DNA of 64,000 nt from Eledone cirrhosa. Taxonomy: Eukaryota. This document shows positions 1 through 13,170 of the stretch, piece after piece. The notes below the pieces were generated by a model. It searched no databases. It saw nothing but the letters and a program-made list of their open reading frames with translations, and was not told the origin of the DNA. The stretch covers positions 187,116,001 to 187,180,000 of the forward strand of contig OZ024740.1 of the NCBI GenBank assembly GCA_964016885.1, given 5' to 3'. Position numbers and translations under genes: made by a program. How positions within the stretch are numbered: the stretch's first letter is position 1; each line of letters opens with the position of its first letter.

Positions 1-491
1 TCAGTTTGCTCAGGGAGTTCTCTGAATTTGGATGCAATAGTATCTGCACACCTGGCCCTGACTTCCTTATTCATCAATGCTTGCTACTTTAGCCTGTAGG
101 TCAACCTTGACCTGTTAGTTTTGTGGGCTTCTTTGGCTTTAGGTAGTCCCAAGTTGCAGATAACTAGATGGTGATCAGTCGATAGCTCAGCCCCTCTCTT
201 AACGTGAACATCCAGCACAGAATCGAAGAGATCAGAGACAATAATAAAATCAATTATTGATCTCTGTCCCTGATTCCCTTTATACCATGTATATTTATGG
301 ATGTCTCTGTGCTGGAGGATGTTGTTCATAATAGAGAGTCCATTGCTAGAACAGAAGTCTAATAAGGCCTCTCCATTTATATTTAGATTGGGGTTGTTAT
401 TCCTTTCAATCATTCTTTTCCGTGTCAGATAGTCAGTGCCAACATGTGTATTGAAGTCTCCCATCAGGATATATGATTTAGTCTTAACCAC
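1..491 (-). mobile_element. LINE (RTE-like) AP endonuclease fragment, disabled
   Basis: ORF 84-491 has APE motifs ILMGDFNTHVG, NGEALLDFC..N.L.I.N, YTW, IDFIIVS and TDHHLV; homology continues past a stop to the window edge. Confidence 0.9.
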
Positions 492-1419
492 ATCTAATGC
501 TGCAGTGATTTAATCAAGGATGGACCTGCATTCGGACTCCTTGTTTGGTGCCTAAACTTGCACCACCCACAGAGAACGGGTTGCAGGTGGAGGATTGCTC
601 TACAGCCACCAGATATGATGGCTTGTTGCAATATAAGCACGCATCTGCCGGATAAGCAACCTTGGACCAATAGCTGTAAACTACTTACTAGGGGAGTTGA
701 AGCAATGGGTGACACATGTAGCTCCCAAGAAAATGCTCACAACCCAGAGGCTAGTAAAGGCCATCTCTAAAAAGCCTAGTCTTCGTGGGTTTGACAAAAT
801 ACCAGATTGGTGACTGGCATGAATATGACCACTGAATCAGAAACTGCAACAAGATTAGGAAAACAATGTGCTATGTACTGGATCCTGTTAGGAGGGAGAA
901 TTTGCCTCTTGAAGCTTATACTGAAAGATAGGTCTCACATATCCTTCTAGCAAAATTAATAGTTAATATGAAGTGTGAAAATATGGAAGAAGAGATTAAA
1001 ATGGAATGGCAGAGACTATGAAACATAATGTAGAAGATTCACAGAAATATTACATGAAATAATCTAAAGGTGAGGAAAATAGTTCTGTAAATGTGTGTGC
1101 GTGTGTGTATGTATGTGCCAGTATACATACAATACCTCTATATATTTATTTTACTATAGAATATATCAAATTATTTATATAAGTAGCTGGAAAACTGAAG
1201 TATTTTCAAGATCATATATGCATGTATTGAGAAATATATTTATATATATTGAGAAGTGCGCTAGCAGCCAAAGTGTATGATAAAGTTATATCTGTATAAA
1301 TACAGAGTTTTAACTGAGACTGCACCAATATATATAAATATATATACCTAGCTAACATGTAGAAGATCGAGAATTGTGTAAAAGTATGTCAAGCTTTTTA
1401 AATGGATGGAGAGGATATG

Positions 1420-1600
1420 TGAAGGCATGTGGCTTAATGGTTAGGGAATTGGATTCACAATTGTGAGGTTGCAAGTTCAATTTTCGGGTCATGTGATGCA
1501 TTGTGTCCTTGATCAAAACATTTCATGTTGCTCTTTCTGCCACGAGTTGCGACCTGTAGATATTATTAGCAATGGAAACATTGTTTCCTTAGTTGACTCT
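1420..1600 (+). mobile_element. tRNA-derived SINE, degenerate
   Basis: GGCATGTGGCTTAATGGTTAGG A-box and GTTCAATT B-box followed by TTGTGTCCTTGA; related copies at 7790-7895, 41880-42030 and 38720-39070. Confidence 0.65.
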
Positions 1601-1989
1601 GACAAGTTATACTGCACTCATTAACTGAATAAAGTATGTTGTTCAATTCCATAATGTTTAAAGGGTGTAGTTTTAGATGATTAATTATTTTGGAGTTAAT
1701 AAAATTAGAAATTCACTGCACTACAACTAATATGTTAATCATTTATGTACTAGCCACAGCTCATCAGAAACCAGATATTTAGGATGATTGTGGTCAAATG
1801 AAGTTTATTCTCTTAATGCAAGTTCATGTGAGTTCATTTCAGTTTTAATTTTGTGTTTATTGGTAATCTAAGGTTGTTATATTTTGTTGTTGGATAGGGT
1901 TGTGTAAACAAAAATATCCATCAACCACTTTTCTAAATAAAATCATACACAAAACGCCAGCAGCAACAATTTTGCAAGAAATGTCAGCA

Positions 1990-2200
1990 TAAATGGACCT
2001 GTTATTTTTATCTAAAGACATTATTTTCCAATTCAAACCCACCTGTCCCCTCAATCTATCTTATTTCTCATTCTTTCTTGTGACGAAGGACTAGCATCCA
2101 AAACGTTATGACCCTCTTCCTGCTATATCAAGCGTTAACCTAATATATACCTTTCATATACTGTACTGATTGTGTTGTTATTTCTGTTTACCTTTTACAT
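1990..2200 (+). mobile_element. Decayed Penelope-like 3' end/pLTR with degenerate hammerhead motif
   Basis: GTGACGA-A-GGA-ctagca-TCC-AAAAC-GTTA at ~2080-2108 resembles CTGANGA..GAAAC..GTH; a similar motif lies at 49466-49502. Confidence 0.4.
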
Positions 2201-2515
2201 ACATCATCATTTCATTTCATTTTACGTCCGCTTTTCCCTGCTTGCAAGGGTTTGAGTAAAATGACATATACTTCGGTTTTGAATTTGTTTTGCAAGATTT
2301 TATCTGAAAACTTATGTTGAACAGATATTGTTATACTTTGGCAGGGTCATGATGCTAATAAAACACACATAGCTGCTGGTTTTCACTTCAGTTTATTACA
2401 CATTTCCGATTGGTGGTTCAATATCTGGATGTTTGTTTATATATTGTCAAAGTTCTTTTGTCACTCATTCTGTGACCTCATATATATATATAATGTATAA
2501 TAAACAATACAATAT

Positions 2516-2594
2516 AATTACCTCATTACCAGAGGTTTCCCGAATAAGACAAATACAAGAAACGTCCTCATTCGTTCGTCAGACAAGGCATTTT
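2516..2594 (-). ncRNA. Type I hammerhead ribozyme (inverted copy)
   Basis: Minus strand reads TGCCTTGT-CTGACGA-ACGAATGAGGAC...GTCTTATTCGG-GAAAC-CTCTG-GTA-ATGAGGTA; stem I pairs fully with G-U wobbles. Confidence 0.7.
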
Positions 2595-3231
2595 AAAACA
2601 TAGTGAAATATTTGAAAAATCTCCTCAAGAAAGGCAAAAGTTGTATGCTATTTTTTCTAGTGTTACTTTATAATTGATAACCCCCCTTCTTACTTTCTCT
2701 TTGATTTAATTTTTTTATTCTCATATATTTTTTCATTTTTTCATATTTTATATTTTTTTTATATATGTATTGACCTTCAGCCTCACACTGTTTTGACTGA
2801 TACACTCCCTTTCCTGTATATATCACTTGCATGTATATGGTTGTGCGTGTGTGTGTTTATACACATGCTTTCATGCTTGTATGTGTATATATTTCAATCC
2901 TAAGTACCTGAGACTGGATGTATGTTAACTCTATTATCTTACAATTTCTTTTTCAACATATATTATATACGTATTTGTGGTCGCACATACACTGCTATGC
3001 TTGCCCTCATATATGTACTTACGCACACATTTTTTCACTATACACATGCATATGTACATACACACATATGTACATTTGTGAGTGAATATACACACATTTA
3101 TACACATACCCTAACTATATTTCCTTATTTTATTTTTATATATCTATTGCATTACTTTTATTTATATATATTTTTGCCCATTAAACTTTTGCCTTTCTTG
3201 AGGAGGTTTTTCAAATATTTCACTATGTTTT

Positions 3232-3310
3232 AAATTGCCCTGTCTGACGAACGAATGAGGACATTTCTTGTATTCGTCTTATTCGTGAAACCTCTAGTAA
3301 TGAGGCAATT
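3232..3310 (+). ncRNA. Type I hammerhead ribozyme
   Basis: AATTGCCCTGT-CTGACGA(3244-3250)-stem II ACGAAT../..ATTCGT-GAAAC(3287-3291)-CTCTA-GTA(3297-3299)-ATGAGGCAATT; both core boxes are intact and stem III is minimal. Confidence 0.8.
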
Positions 3311-3552
3311 ATATTGTATTGTTTATTATACATTAAATTTAGCTCTGGTACTTATATAGAGCACTCTTCACTCCTATGACTTTTTCAATTTTCAACGGAA
3401 ACTTCAATACTTATATATATATATATAAGCAAGTATTGCACCAAGAAAAATAAAACGTTGGTATGATGAGATTATGAATTTATTTGCTTTGACATATGTT
3501 TCTCTGTCTATTATAAATTGTCTACACACACACATATATATATATATGTGTG

Positions 3553-3777
3553 TGTTTTAATGGTAGCTATGGCGCTTCCATAGACGGTATGCCAGTTGAG
3601 CACTCAATGTTCTTACAGAGCAGAGTGTAAATAATATAAACAAACGAAAAATCAGTGATGCATCTAGACTCAGTTTATTGCGTGTTACAATTGTTTCGCT
3701 GGCAGATAGCTCGAGGCATGATCATTGTGTGGATCTGCCTGATTCTACGACTGCAGGTTCTTCGGACACATGCAATA
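3553..3777 (-). mobile_element. pLTR-like repeat (family B, copy 1) with CCGAAGA hammerhead-like motif
   Basis: Clearly homologous to 9964-10229 and 10560-10905; bounded by (TA)n/(TG)n. Confidence 0.7.
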
Positions 3778-4653
3778 TATATATATATATACCATCATCA
3801 TCTTTATCAGCACCATTTAAAGTGGATGTTAAATGGTGAGGATGATGATGATACCATCATCAAGCATTTTCAAGCTATTCTCCACGCTGAAATCAAGATT
3901 AGAAATGTTTTATGGCTGGATGCCTTTCCTACTATCAACATTTTAGTTACCTCTTACGACCTGCATGAATATGATGTACCAACTTTTAACTGAATACACA
4001 CACACTATCTCTGTCTGTATTTGTATGTATGACTGTATTTATAAATATATGTGTGTATGTGTGTCTGTGTATATATATACATATATACATATGTGAGTGT
4101 GTACATACACACATGTTTGAGTGTGCAAATGACAGAAACATTACTCAATATATAGTGTTTATTTGATTGATGATAATGACAGAGTTCATCGCTACTCAGA
4201 GTTTCTTGGCTTGTATCTGTGCGAGAGAGGAGAGGAGGTGAGGAAGAGAAAAATGGGCTTATTTCAATGGGTTTTTTTTGGGGGGGGGGGGGGGGTTAAC
4301 AAAACTTCTGATATGCTTACTAGTGCTAAACTAGATTTTCCAAAATATAAAAACAAGTACATTAATTTGCTTACGTTTTTACATTGAAGTGCAAGGATAA
4401 TTTATCTTCAATTATCTTCTCTGCTCATTGTTCACTTTGAATTAAATCAGAATCCTGAAGAGTTTTAAGTTGAGATTATTTTTCCTAGGAAATAATGTTT
4501 CTTATGTATTTTCCAATTTTTTTTTGTCACCCATGGATTTCTTGCTCCAGCATATGTGACTATGAGTAATGATAAAAAACATTTCTGATTGATTAAATGG
4601 CAAAATAGCTAAAATGGCTGACAATGATTATCTGCTGGTTAATTAGGGAAACC

Positions 4654-4705
<52 letters not shown>

Positions 4706-5336
4706 ATGTTATACCAGATTCATTCTTACATCCACTTTTCCATGCTGGAATGGGTTGGACAGGGTAGTTTGAAGTAATGTTTTGTGGACAGATGATTTTC
4801 CTGACCCCAACCCTTTTTATTACTACTTATAACATGTAGAAATACAATGTACCTGTTATAAAAAGCAAACAGAGTACACACAGCATATATATTAGATAAA
4901 TATATCAGGATCACTGAATCACCTTCAAAGGCTTCATGTAATATGTAAAGGTAAAGGCAACTTAGGTGAAGTGATTCCCATTGTAGCTTTTAACAACAAC
5001 TGAACATTACATAAGAGAGGAATGAGTTAAATGTAGTAATTAAACCAGGTATTGAACCTAGCATTGTAGACTCAGCTTACCAACACTTCACCATTTGTAC
5101 ATAATGCTCACACATTATATATTCATGTATTCTTTTTCTAGTTTAAGCTACACAGAAGCATGACTACAGCTGCAGTCATTTTAATACCACTTCCACATAC
5201 ATGCATATATATATATAGGAACATATATAAACACACACACATATATATATTATATATAGATGATATATATATATAAACATATATATATTATATATAAACA
5301 TATATATATGATATATATATATTATATATATATATA

Positions 5337-5378
<42 letters not shown>

Positions 5379-5535
5379 AGATATATATATGTGTGTGTGT
5401 GTACTTTGATATAAAGCCTTTAGATTTAGTGGGTAGAGAAAATGGCTATTTCTGACATTCAGATTTCTGTCAAATGACACACTGTATGTTGTAAGTTAAG
5501 TCATTCAAAATGGGGACGGAAATTGAATCGGCTCT

Positions 5536-5586
5536 TCATTTGCCAAGAACTTGCTACTGATAAGGTAGTAGGTTCTTGGCAACTGA
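5536..5586 (+). other. Short hairpin with let-7-like 3' arm
   Basis: TTGCCAAGAACTTGCTAC pairs with GTAGTAGGTTCTTGGCAA (2 G-U pairs); function unknown. Confidence 0.35.
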
Positions 5587-6199
5587 TGCTTTGATATAAA
5601 TATTTTAATGCCAGAGTAGCACAGATATAACAAGACCCAAACAAACACCGGTATTTCATGAAAGAAGCTTAAAAAGCAACAGTTCAACTCATCAGGGTTT
5701 CATGGTTATAATGGATTCTTTATAGACATTTAGATGCAAGAGAATAATAGATTTTTTTGTTTTAAATATTAATATGACCATATTGAAATATGAGCTGTAG
5801 ATGAGAATTAATGTATATGAAATCGATTGCTAGGTTGCAGAATGATAACTTTGTGAATTGGTGAATTATTGGCAAATTGGTAGATAGCCAGATTGTAAAC
5901 TTATAATAATAACAGATGAATAAACACTGATATACTAACTTCCTGGACGTTTTAATACCAAATTATAATCACAGATATAATTGACAACAGATACAGATGG
6001 ATGGGCTCTGAGAAAATAAAAGATAATGACTAATGAAAAAATAATTAGGAAACATACTAAAAAAACAAAAACAAAATTCATGATAGCTTTCTTAGGAGTA
6101 GAAATTGATAAGCAAAAGATAGCAATAACGAGCAATTAATTAATGACAAATGAATTAACTTGATGAGTTTAAAAACTGATTTCAGTAAACATTTCTTAC

Positions 6200-6211
6200 C
6201 ATCAAGTTGAC
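6200..6211 (-). other. Candidate 12-nt micro-exon
   Basis: ctaat...tttttctctctaag|GTCAACTTGATG|gtaaga; motif evidence only, and AAG is an atypical acceptor. Confidence 0.25.
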
Positions 6212-7669
6212 CTTAGAGAGAAAAATGTCTCCTATATCATATCATTAGTTTCAATGGTTGATCTCATAGAAAAGTTATTTGAATACAACAAATATTTAGA
6301 ATTTATATAGAAATAATAACAGAACTATATTCCCACCCTCATCAAGAAAAATAACCAAAACATTATGTTTACATTCATTATATATATATAGATATGCTAG
6401 TGTGGAAAAATGGACGGAAAACGGTGATGATGATGATAAATATATATCATATATATATATATAGCAATACATTAACCACTTAATGAAGCTTTATAAAACT
6501 CTCATTAAAATCCTTAGTTATGATCTTAAGAAAATATTAACAATTTATTTATTTATTTATGTAATAAATTTAAACGTCCATTTAGAGTTAGTAAGCCATG
6601 CCAGACAAGAGGGAGGATCTAGTACGTCTTACAGTTGAGAAACAAAATAAAATGAGATTTACAGAGATAAATGAATATAAAAATTTTAAATATATATATA
6701 GTAAAATAAATTGAAATAAAAAATTAACTAAAGAAGGCCATCAGAAAGTAAAATAATCATTAAAAAGGGATAAAGAAAAAATAGGAAACAGATTTTTTAT
6801 ATAGTCCGTAGATCTTTTACAATATATTATGGTATAGCAAATCATCTTAACCTTTATGGATGTGTGATAAACAATATAAATTGTTATCTAATTGGTCAGA
6901 TATACAAACACAATCTATACCACTCAGCCATAAAAAAACCATCAATACAGATAAGAATGTTGTATAGCACTGCCAATGCTACCCATTCTGTACAAAAGTT
7001 TTTTCCATATTTAGTGTGTATATGTCCAATTTATGTGGCTAATTTTCAGAGACAAACAATACTGATGTATCTTTCACATTCTCAAGTTTCCTATCACTCA
7101 ACGATTCTAAAAAATAGATTGCTTACAATCTAATTAATTAAAACTAAAAGGAATCGATTGATTAAATATCAGACTTCATTTGCTTACTGATGGGTTTGGA
7201 CCTGTCAAATTGGACCAAGGAGACAATGTTTCCATTTTCCTTTCCATTGATTATACTGTCTACTGGTTGCAACTCTTGGAAGATGAAAACTAATTGAATA
7301 AGAAACAAAAACATATCTGAACAAACAAGGAGTCAATCTTCTACCTGAATCTGCAAGTTTATTATTGAATCTCAAGTTCATATCTATTCCAAGAACTGTC
7401 TATGTTCCTGGGTGAAAAATACTTAATTACTCTGATTCTGAGTTTAGGTATTTATATGTTGACACTGAAGATGATATATCAGAATAGTTTCTCATTTTCA
7501 TGGCTGACCAATGTAAAGATGTAAGCCCAGCAATGCAGCTAGCAATAAAAAAAAGCGTTTCTTGAATCTAAAGGCTTGCCAGGCAAGAGTTTATCCTGGT
7601 TTCAGGCGACACTAAGTTGGTCTATACTTTGGTTAACCTCCAGCTGCTGCAGAACTGGAGCAATATGAA

Positions 7670-7770
7670 ATAATTGTTTCTACTTTTAGGAACAAGGCCA
7701 GCAATTACTGGTACTTTATTTTATCGACCCCGTAAGGATGAAAGGCAAAGTTAACCTCGGCGGGATTTGA
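7670..7770 (-). mobile_element. SINE family S1, 3' part
   Basis: Reverse complement of TTCAAATCCCGCCGAGGTTAACTTTGCCTTTCATCCTTACGGGGTCGATAAAATAAAGTACCAG, as at 9750-9870. Confidence 0.8.
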
Positions 7771-8648
7771 AATAAGGAGCAATATGATATAATGTTCCTT
7801 GCTCAAGGATGCAACATGCCACCTAGTCTGAGAATCAAACACATGACATATGATTGTGGACCCAATATTTTAACCACTAAGCCACATGTCTTCACTATGC
7901 AGCTAGCAAACCACTCATTAATCATAGAGTTATCTTACTGATTACCTCCTTGTGGTGCCTCTTTATATCTAAGTGAAGTGTACCAATGAAATTTAACTGT
8001 GATGGCAAGAGACAGACTGTGCCATATTAATTTCAGGACATGAATGTGTTTGATTTTAAAGCTTGTTTTGCCAGCACTATTTTGCATCACTCCAACTATT
8101 ACCTAATAGAAATAGAAAGTATATATTTCTGTATAGCTATCAATTCTGAAGTATGACACATAAACCATATATAAAGTGGGTCATAAACCATATCTAAAGG
8201 GAAATATTTAATGAAACACATCATAAATCTCTTGCAATATTACACTGTAAAACTGTGATTTAGGGAACCTGTTAGCATAACATATAGTATTGCACAGTAT
8301 TGAAAAATATGTTAAGTACATTATTTATTACACAATTGGGATTTGTTAAATTTTAAGAAAACATTCAGCACTGCGACATAGAGAAGGAAAAGGTATTGTG
8401 TTGAAACATTAAAAAAAATATAAATAAATGTTCTAAATAATCTAGATATGTATTTCAAATTTGATTTATATAATTCTTGTACATTATGTTTGCTATGTAT
8501 GTATATCAACAATAAACTAACACACAAACACATACACACATATATTTGAATAAAAAACATGAAATATTGAGTAAATAAATTACTTAGGGGACGTTTCAAT
8601 TTCTTTATATATTTTCAGCTGACAAAAGCCTTTGTGTGTGTGTCTTAC

Positions 8649-8658
8649 CAGACTGGCC
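8649..8658 (-). other. Candidate 10-nt micro-exon
   Basis: ~40-nt T-rich tract ending ttttactttag|GGCCAGTCTG|gtaaga; strong acceptor and donor motifs. Confidence 0.35.
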
Positions 8659-9677
8659 CTAAAGTAAAAAAAAAGAACAAAAAAACAAACAAAAGAAAAC
8701 CTTAAACTTAATTTCAACCCTTAAATACCCCAACCAACAAGAACAACAACAACGCAGCAACTACAACAAACAACAAAAAAGTTTTTTTTACAATATATAC
8801 ATAATACACCCAAAGTAAATTCTAAAGCTATTGGCTTTAATGATAACCTAAAACCACCAGAATGCAGTAAAAAGAAACGTACAAGAAGAACAAAGGTAAG
8901 ACAACATCTTTATTGCAATTTCTCTCCTTTATTTATTACTGTTTGTCTGAAAATATTATATAATTTCCTTTGACAAACTATATTTACAACAGCAATAACT
9001 GAAAACATAAATTAGAAAAAAAGGAAAATAAATAAATAAAGTTGACACCAGATAATGAAATACATGAAAACATTGCATCTAGAATAACCAAAAAAATGTT
9101 TTTTTTAATATCTACAGGTGAGCAAATTGAAATATATCATTATGACTATTTCTATGGAATACAATTGCCAACAGCTATTAGGAAATCTTCAACTATCTTG
9201 GAATTTCAAATAGAAACTAAAAAATTGTTTGTTTCTTGTGATTGTTTTTAGTGTTTCTTTCTTTTTAATTGTTGTTTTCCTAACATTAAAATATACTTTT
9301 CTAAACCTGATATAACATACTCGCTATTATTACATATTGTACATATAAACTGTATTCTAGCATGAGTTCTAAATCAGCAAACAAAATAACTAGTAAATAC
9401 TATATTATATGTTATATGTTTTTTTTTATAATTTATATAGATGAAAGAATCAGCATGCTCTTTTAATATATACTATATACATTCGTAGATAAGTTGCAGT
9501 CTTTTACTTTAAAAAGTTGTGGGGAAAAGATGCATGCAATTTATCTGCTAAAACTTGCGCTAAGCTTCAAATATTAAATAATTGTTTCTACTTTAGGCAC
9601 AAGGCCAGCAAATTCACCAGTGCATTACAGGTACTTTGAAGCCGAATATTATAAACATTATTAATTTCAAACGTAAG

Positions 9678-9868
9678 GGCGGTGAATTTGCAGTATCGGT
9701 AGAGGGTTGGACGCCATGCTTTCTAGCAGAGTTACGTCCCTTTACAGTCTGAGTTCAAATCCCGCCGAGGTTAACTTTGCCTTTCATCCTTACGGGGTCG
9801 ATAAAATAAAGTACCAGTAATGTACTGGGTAATTGCTGGCCTTGTGCCTAAACTAGAAACAATTATTT
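9678..9868 (+). mobile_element. tRNA-derived SINE family S1, near full length
   Basis: GGCGGTGAATTTGCAGTATCGGTAGAG head, GAGTTCAAATCC B-box and AGAAACAATTATT tail; a partial inverted copy lies at 9578-9637. Confidence 0.85.
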
Positions 9869-9963
9869 ATTTCAAACGTGTTCTTGTTTGGAAAGTGATT
9901 TAGTCAGAGATTGTATTGCAACTGTAGCAATCGTATCATCAGAGAGCCATTATATATATATAT

Positions 9964-10905
9964 ATAATATAAAACGAAAAATCAGTGATGCATCTGGACT
10001 CAATTTATTGTGTGTTTCAATTGTTTTGCCGGCAGACAGCTCGAGACACAATCATTGTATGGATCTGTCTGATTCTAGAACTGCAGGTTCGTCGGACACT
10101 GGCAATAATTTCGGTAGAAATTTTCTCACTGGGGTGTTAGCTTCAAAAAACATCTTCCTTGCTTGTCCTGTTGTTGGCTGTTGTTTTTCTACGTAATCAT
10201 AAATTCTGGCCAATATTTGCTGCCATACTGTGTATATGTACACACACATAAACGTACCCACAAACGATCGCTTACCCTATGTTAGGTGCACGTACACACT
10301 CATATACATTCAAACAAATTTGGTTACATTGTTTATACTTGTGCATGTATAACAGGATGCATCGTTTCATGCATGACCCTATATGACCTTTTGTGCAGAT
10401 TTATATGACTGTGAGTATATCACATTTGAGTACGGACAGAGATATATGTGTGCATGTATGTATGTGTATGTATGTGTGTGTGTGTATGTGTGTGACTTGT
10501 GGAATACCAAACCCAGCATGAATTCATTGAAGTGTGTCGGACGGAGGGTAGCTGATAGACAGTATGGCAGCAACTATTGGTCAGAATTTATGATGACGTA
10601 GAAAAACAACAGCCAACAACAGGACAAGCGAGGAAGATGTTTTTTGAAGCTAACACCCCAGTGAGAAAATTTCTTCCGAAATTATTGCCAGTGTCCGACA
10701 AACCTGCAGTTCTAGAATCAGACAGATCCATACAATGATTGTGTCTTGAGCTGTCTACCAGAGAAACAATTGTAACACACAATAAATTGAGTCCAGATGC
10801 ATCACTGATTTTCCGTTTTATATTATATCACACTCTGCTCTGTAAGAACATAGAGTGCTCAACTGGCATACCGCCTATGGAAGCCTATAGCTACCATTAA
10901 ACAGA
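9964..10905 (+). mobile_element. Non-autonomous Penelope-like insertion with ~265-bp inverted pLTRs (family B)
   Basis: 9964-10229 is the reverse complement of 10560-10827; the right copy extends to ~10905; flanked by (TA)n. Confidence 0.75.
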
Positions 10906-11054
10906 CACACATATATATATATATATATAATAAAGTATGAATTCCTACGTGTAAAAAATACATATAGGGAAACAAGTATTATCCAAATATATATAGTACT
11001 CTGGTGGGTCGTCGTCCACCTGGTATTTTACAACACCCTATCTGATATATGTCT

Positions 11055-11548
<494 letters not shown>

Positions 11549-11732
11549 AACAAATTTAATATAGAAATGGCTTCTACAGGACTAGAACTGTTTCATTTGA
11601 AGGAAATAATCCTGATGATTTTCTTCAAATGAATCGGTTTTAGTCCTGTAGAAACCATTTCTATATTCAATTTGTTGTTTACACTCTACTAACGTATTGA
11701 GTACCTTACTTACTGTGGTTACCCCCAATTTA
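11549..11732 (+). mobile_element. Mini fold-back pLTR-like insertion with hammerhead-like motif
   Basis: Arms 11549-11607 and 11618-11676; CTGATGA at 11612; the two arms together give CTGATGA-tttccttcaaat-GAAAC-agttcta-GTC-ctgtag; a related piece lies at ~42770-42840. Confidence 0.6.
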
Positions 11733-12211
11733 TATATATTCAACAGACAAGTTCCCAGACCTCATTTACTTAGTGAGTTGGGTCAAACTCATCGAATAGC
11801 ACCAATTAAACAATGTTTTCTTTTGGGATAGCATCTACAGGTAGTAATTCCTGGTGGAAAGAGCAATGTGAAGTAAAGTGTCTTGCCCAAGGACATGATA
11901 TATTGCCTGATCTGTAAATCAAACTCGAAACGTCATGATTGTGAGTCCAATTCTCTAATCACTAAGTCATTTTAGACATCGAAAACACATAAAACACTGC
12001 TATATTCACATTTCGTTTATATTATGAGGTGTAATAATATTTATCATGCCACTGTAACATTATTCACTACAACAATTCTACTGCAATCGTTTGAAACTTA
12101 GTAACTGGCAAGTATTTACAGGCCTCACATGGGTGTGTTATTTAGCTTTTTGATACCAGTCAATGTTTGTCACTTTATACAATGTAAAAATGTATCAGTA
12201 ACGTTCCTTGA

Positions 12212-12215
<4 letters not shown>

Positions 12216-12284
<69 letters not shown>
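12216..12284. repeat. (GA)n microsatellite
   Basis: Directly visible. Confidence 0.97.
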
Positions 12285-12288
<4 letters not shown>

Positions 12289-13123
12289 AAATCAACCAAG
12301 AAGATCTCAGACCTCACTCACTTACCCTGGGTGGTGGAACTCATCAAATTGGACCAAAGAAACAATTGGGCTTTCCATTGCTGATACTCTCTACCAGTTG
12401 CAATTCCTGACAGAAAGAGATATGTGAAAATAAAGAATCTTGCTCAGAAATATAATGCATTGTCCAATCTAGGAATCAAACATGCAGCCTCATGATTGCA
12501 AATCCAGTTCTTTAATCATTAAGTCATGTGCCATTTATATGTACTAAGATTTAATTTTGGAGTTGGAATTGTTTGTCAACTGAGCCAATCCCACTTTCTG
12601 AACATCAAATGCATTTGCCCAAAAAGAAGAACTGGTCTACATTACAGGATGCAAACGAAGTCAGAGTGACCTTCTCTTAGGAGATGTCTTAATGAAGACT
12701 AGGAATCTCTCGCTCCACAAAAAATAATTTATTGGATGGCCATCGATTCTCCTGAGGTTCTCTTCCCTTTGATGGGTTTTGTTTTTCGTCCCACAAGCTT
12801 CGTGGGGTTGTTTGATTAGTCACCAACGACCCAATCCTGCATAGGTTGTACTGGGTTACATGTTACCAGTAGCACTGAAGAGTGATGTGACATATATATA
12901 AATATATATATTTAGAAATGAAAGGAAAGCACAAACAAGATACAGGTCCCCTCTTCAGTTGTCTGCTGGGGGTCTCAGACATTATAACTATATATATATA
13001 TGTATACATTCGTACACCTATAAATATATATGTATAAATATATATATATATATATAAATGTGTAAATATATATATATAGTTATAGGAATAACCAAAGAGT
13101 GCTTAGAAATACATTGTTTTATT

Positions 13124-13170
13124 AGCTAACAGTGTTTCATCCATACACCATGGCAGGAATGCTCAGAGCC
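13124..13170 (-). ncRNA. Degenerate hammerhead motif in the PLE 3' pLTR
   Basis: GGCT-CTGAGCA-TTCC..GGAT-GAAAC-ACT-GTT-AGCT followed directly by AATAAAA; core G8 position is C. Confidence 0.55.

Larger units (their letters stand above)
2492..3410 (+). mobile_element. Non-autonomous Penelope-like insertion with inverted pLTRs
   Basis: ~150-bp inverted repeat (2492-2642 vs 3184-3334); the right copy extends ~75 bp further; both ends abut (TA)n; each arm has a hammerhead motif. Confidence 0.75.

Noticed and set aside
500-900. Possible HDV-like ribozyme in the RTE 5' region
   Set aside because: Could not assign the nested double pseudoknot by eye; needs a motif search
5644-5698. Minus-strand ACC-CTGATGA...GAAAT-ACC-GGT hammerhead-like motif
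   Set aside because: Needs three substitutions in stem III and the cleavage site; too degenerate to support
6545-7130. Possible decayed CR1/L2-group LINE 3' end (and an APE-like remnant at ~32215-32300)
   Set aside because: Only faint motif echoes; cannot be supported without a profile search
9678-9770. tRNA-like A/B boxes as tRNA genes (also 1420, 39010 and 41960)
   Set aside because: No complete cloverleaf; they continue into multicopy SINE bodies
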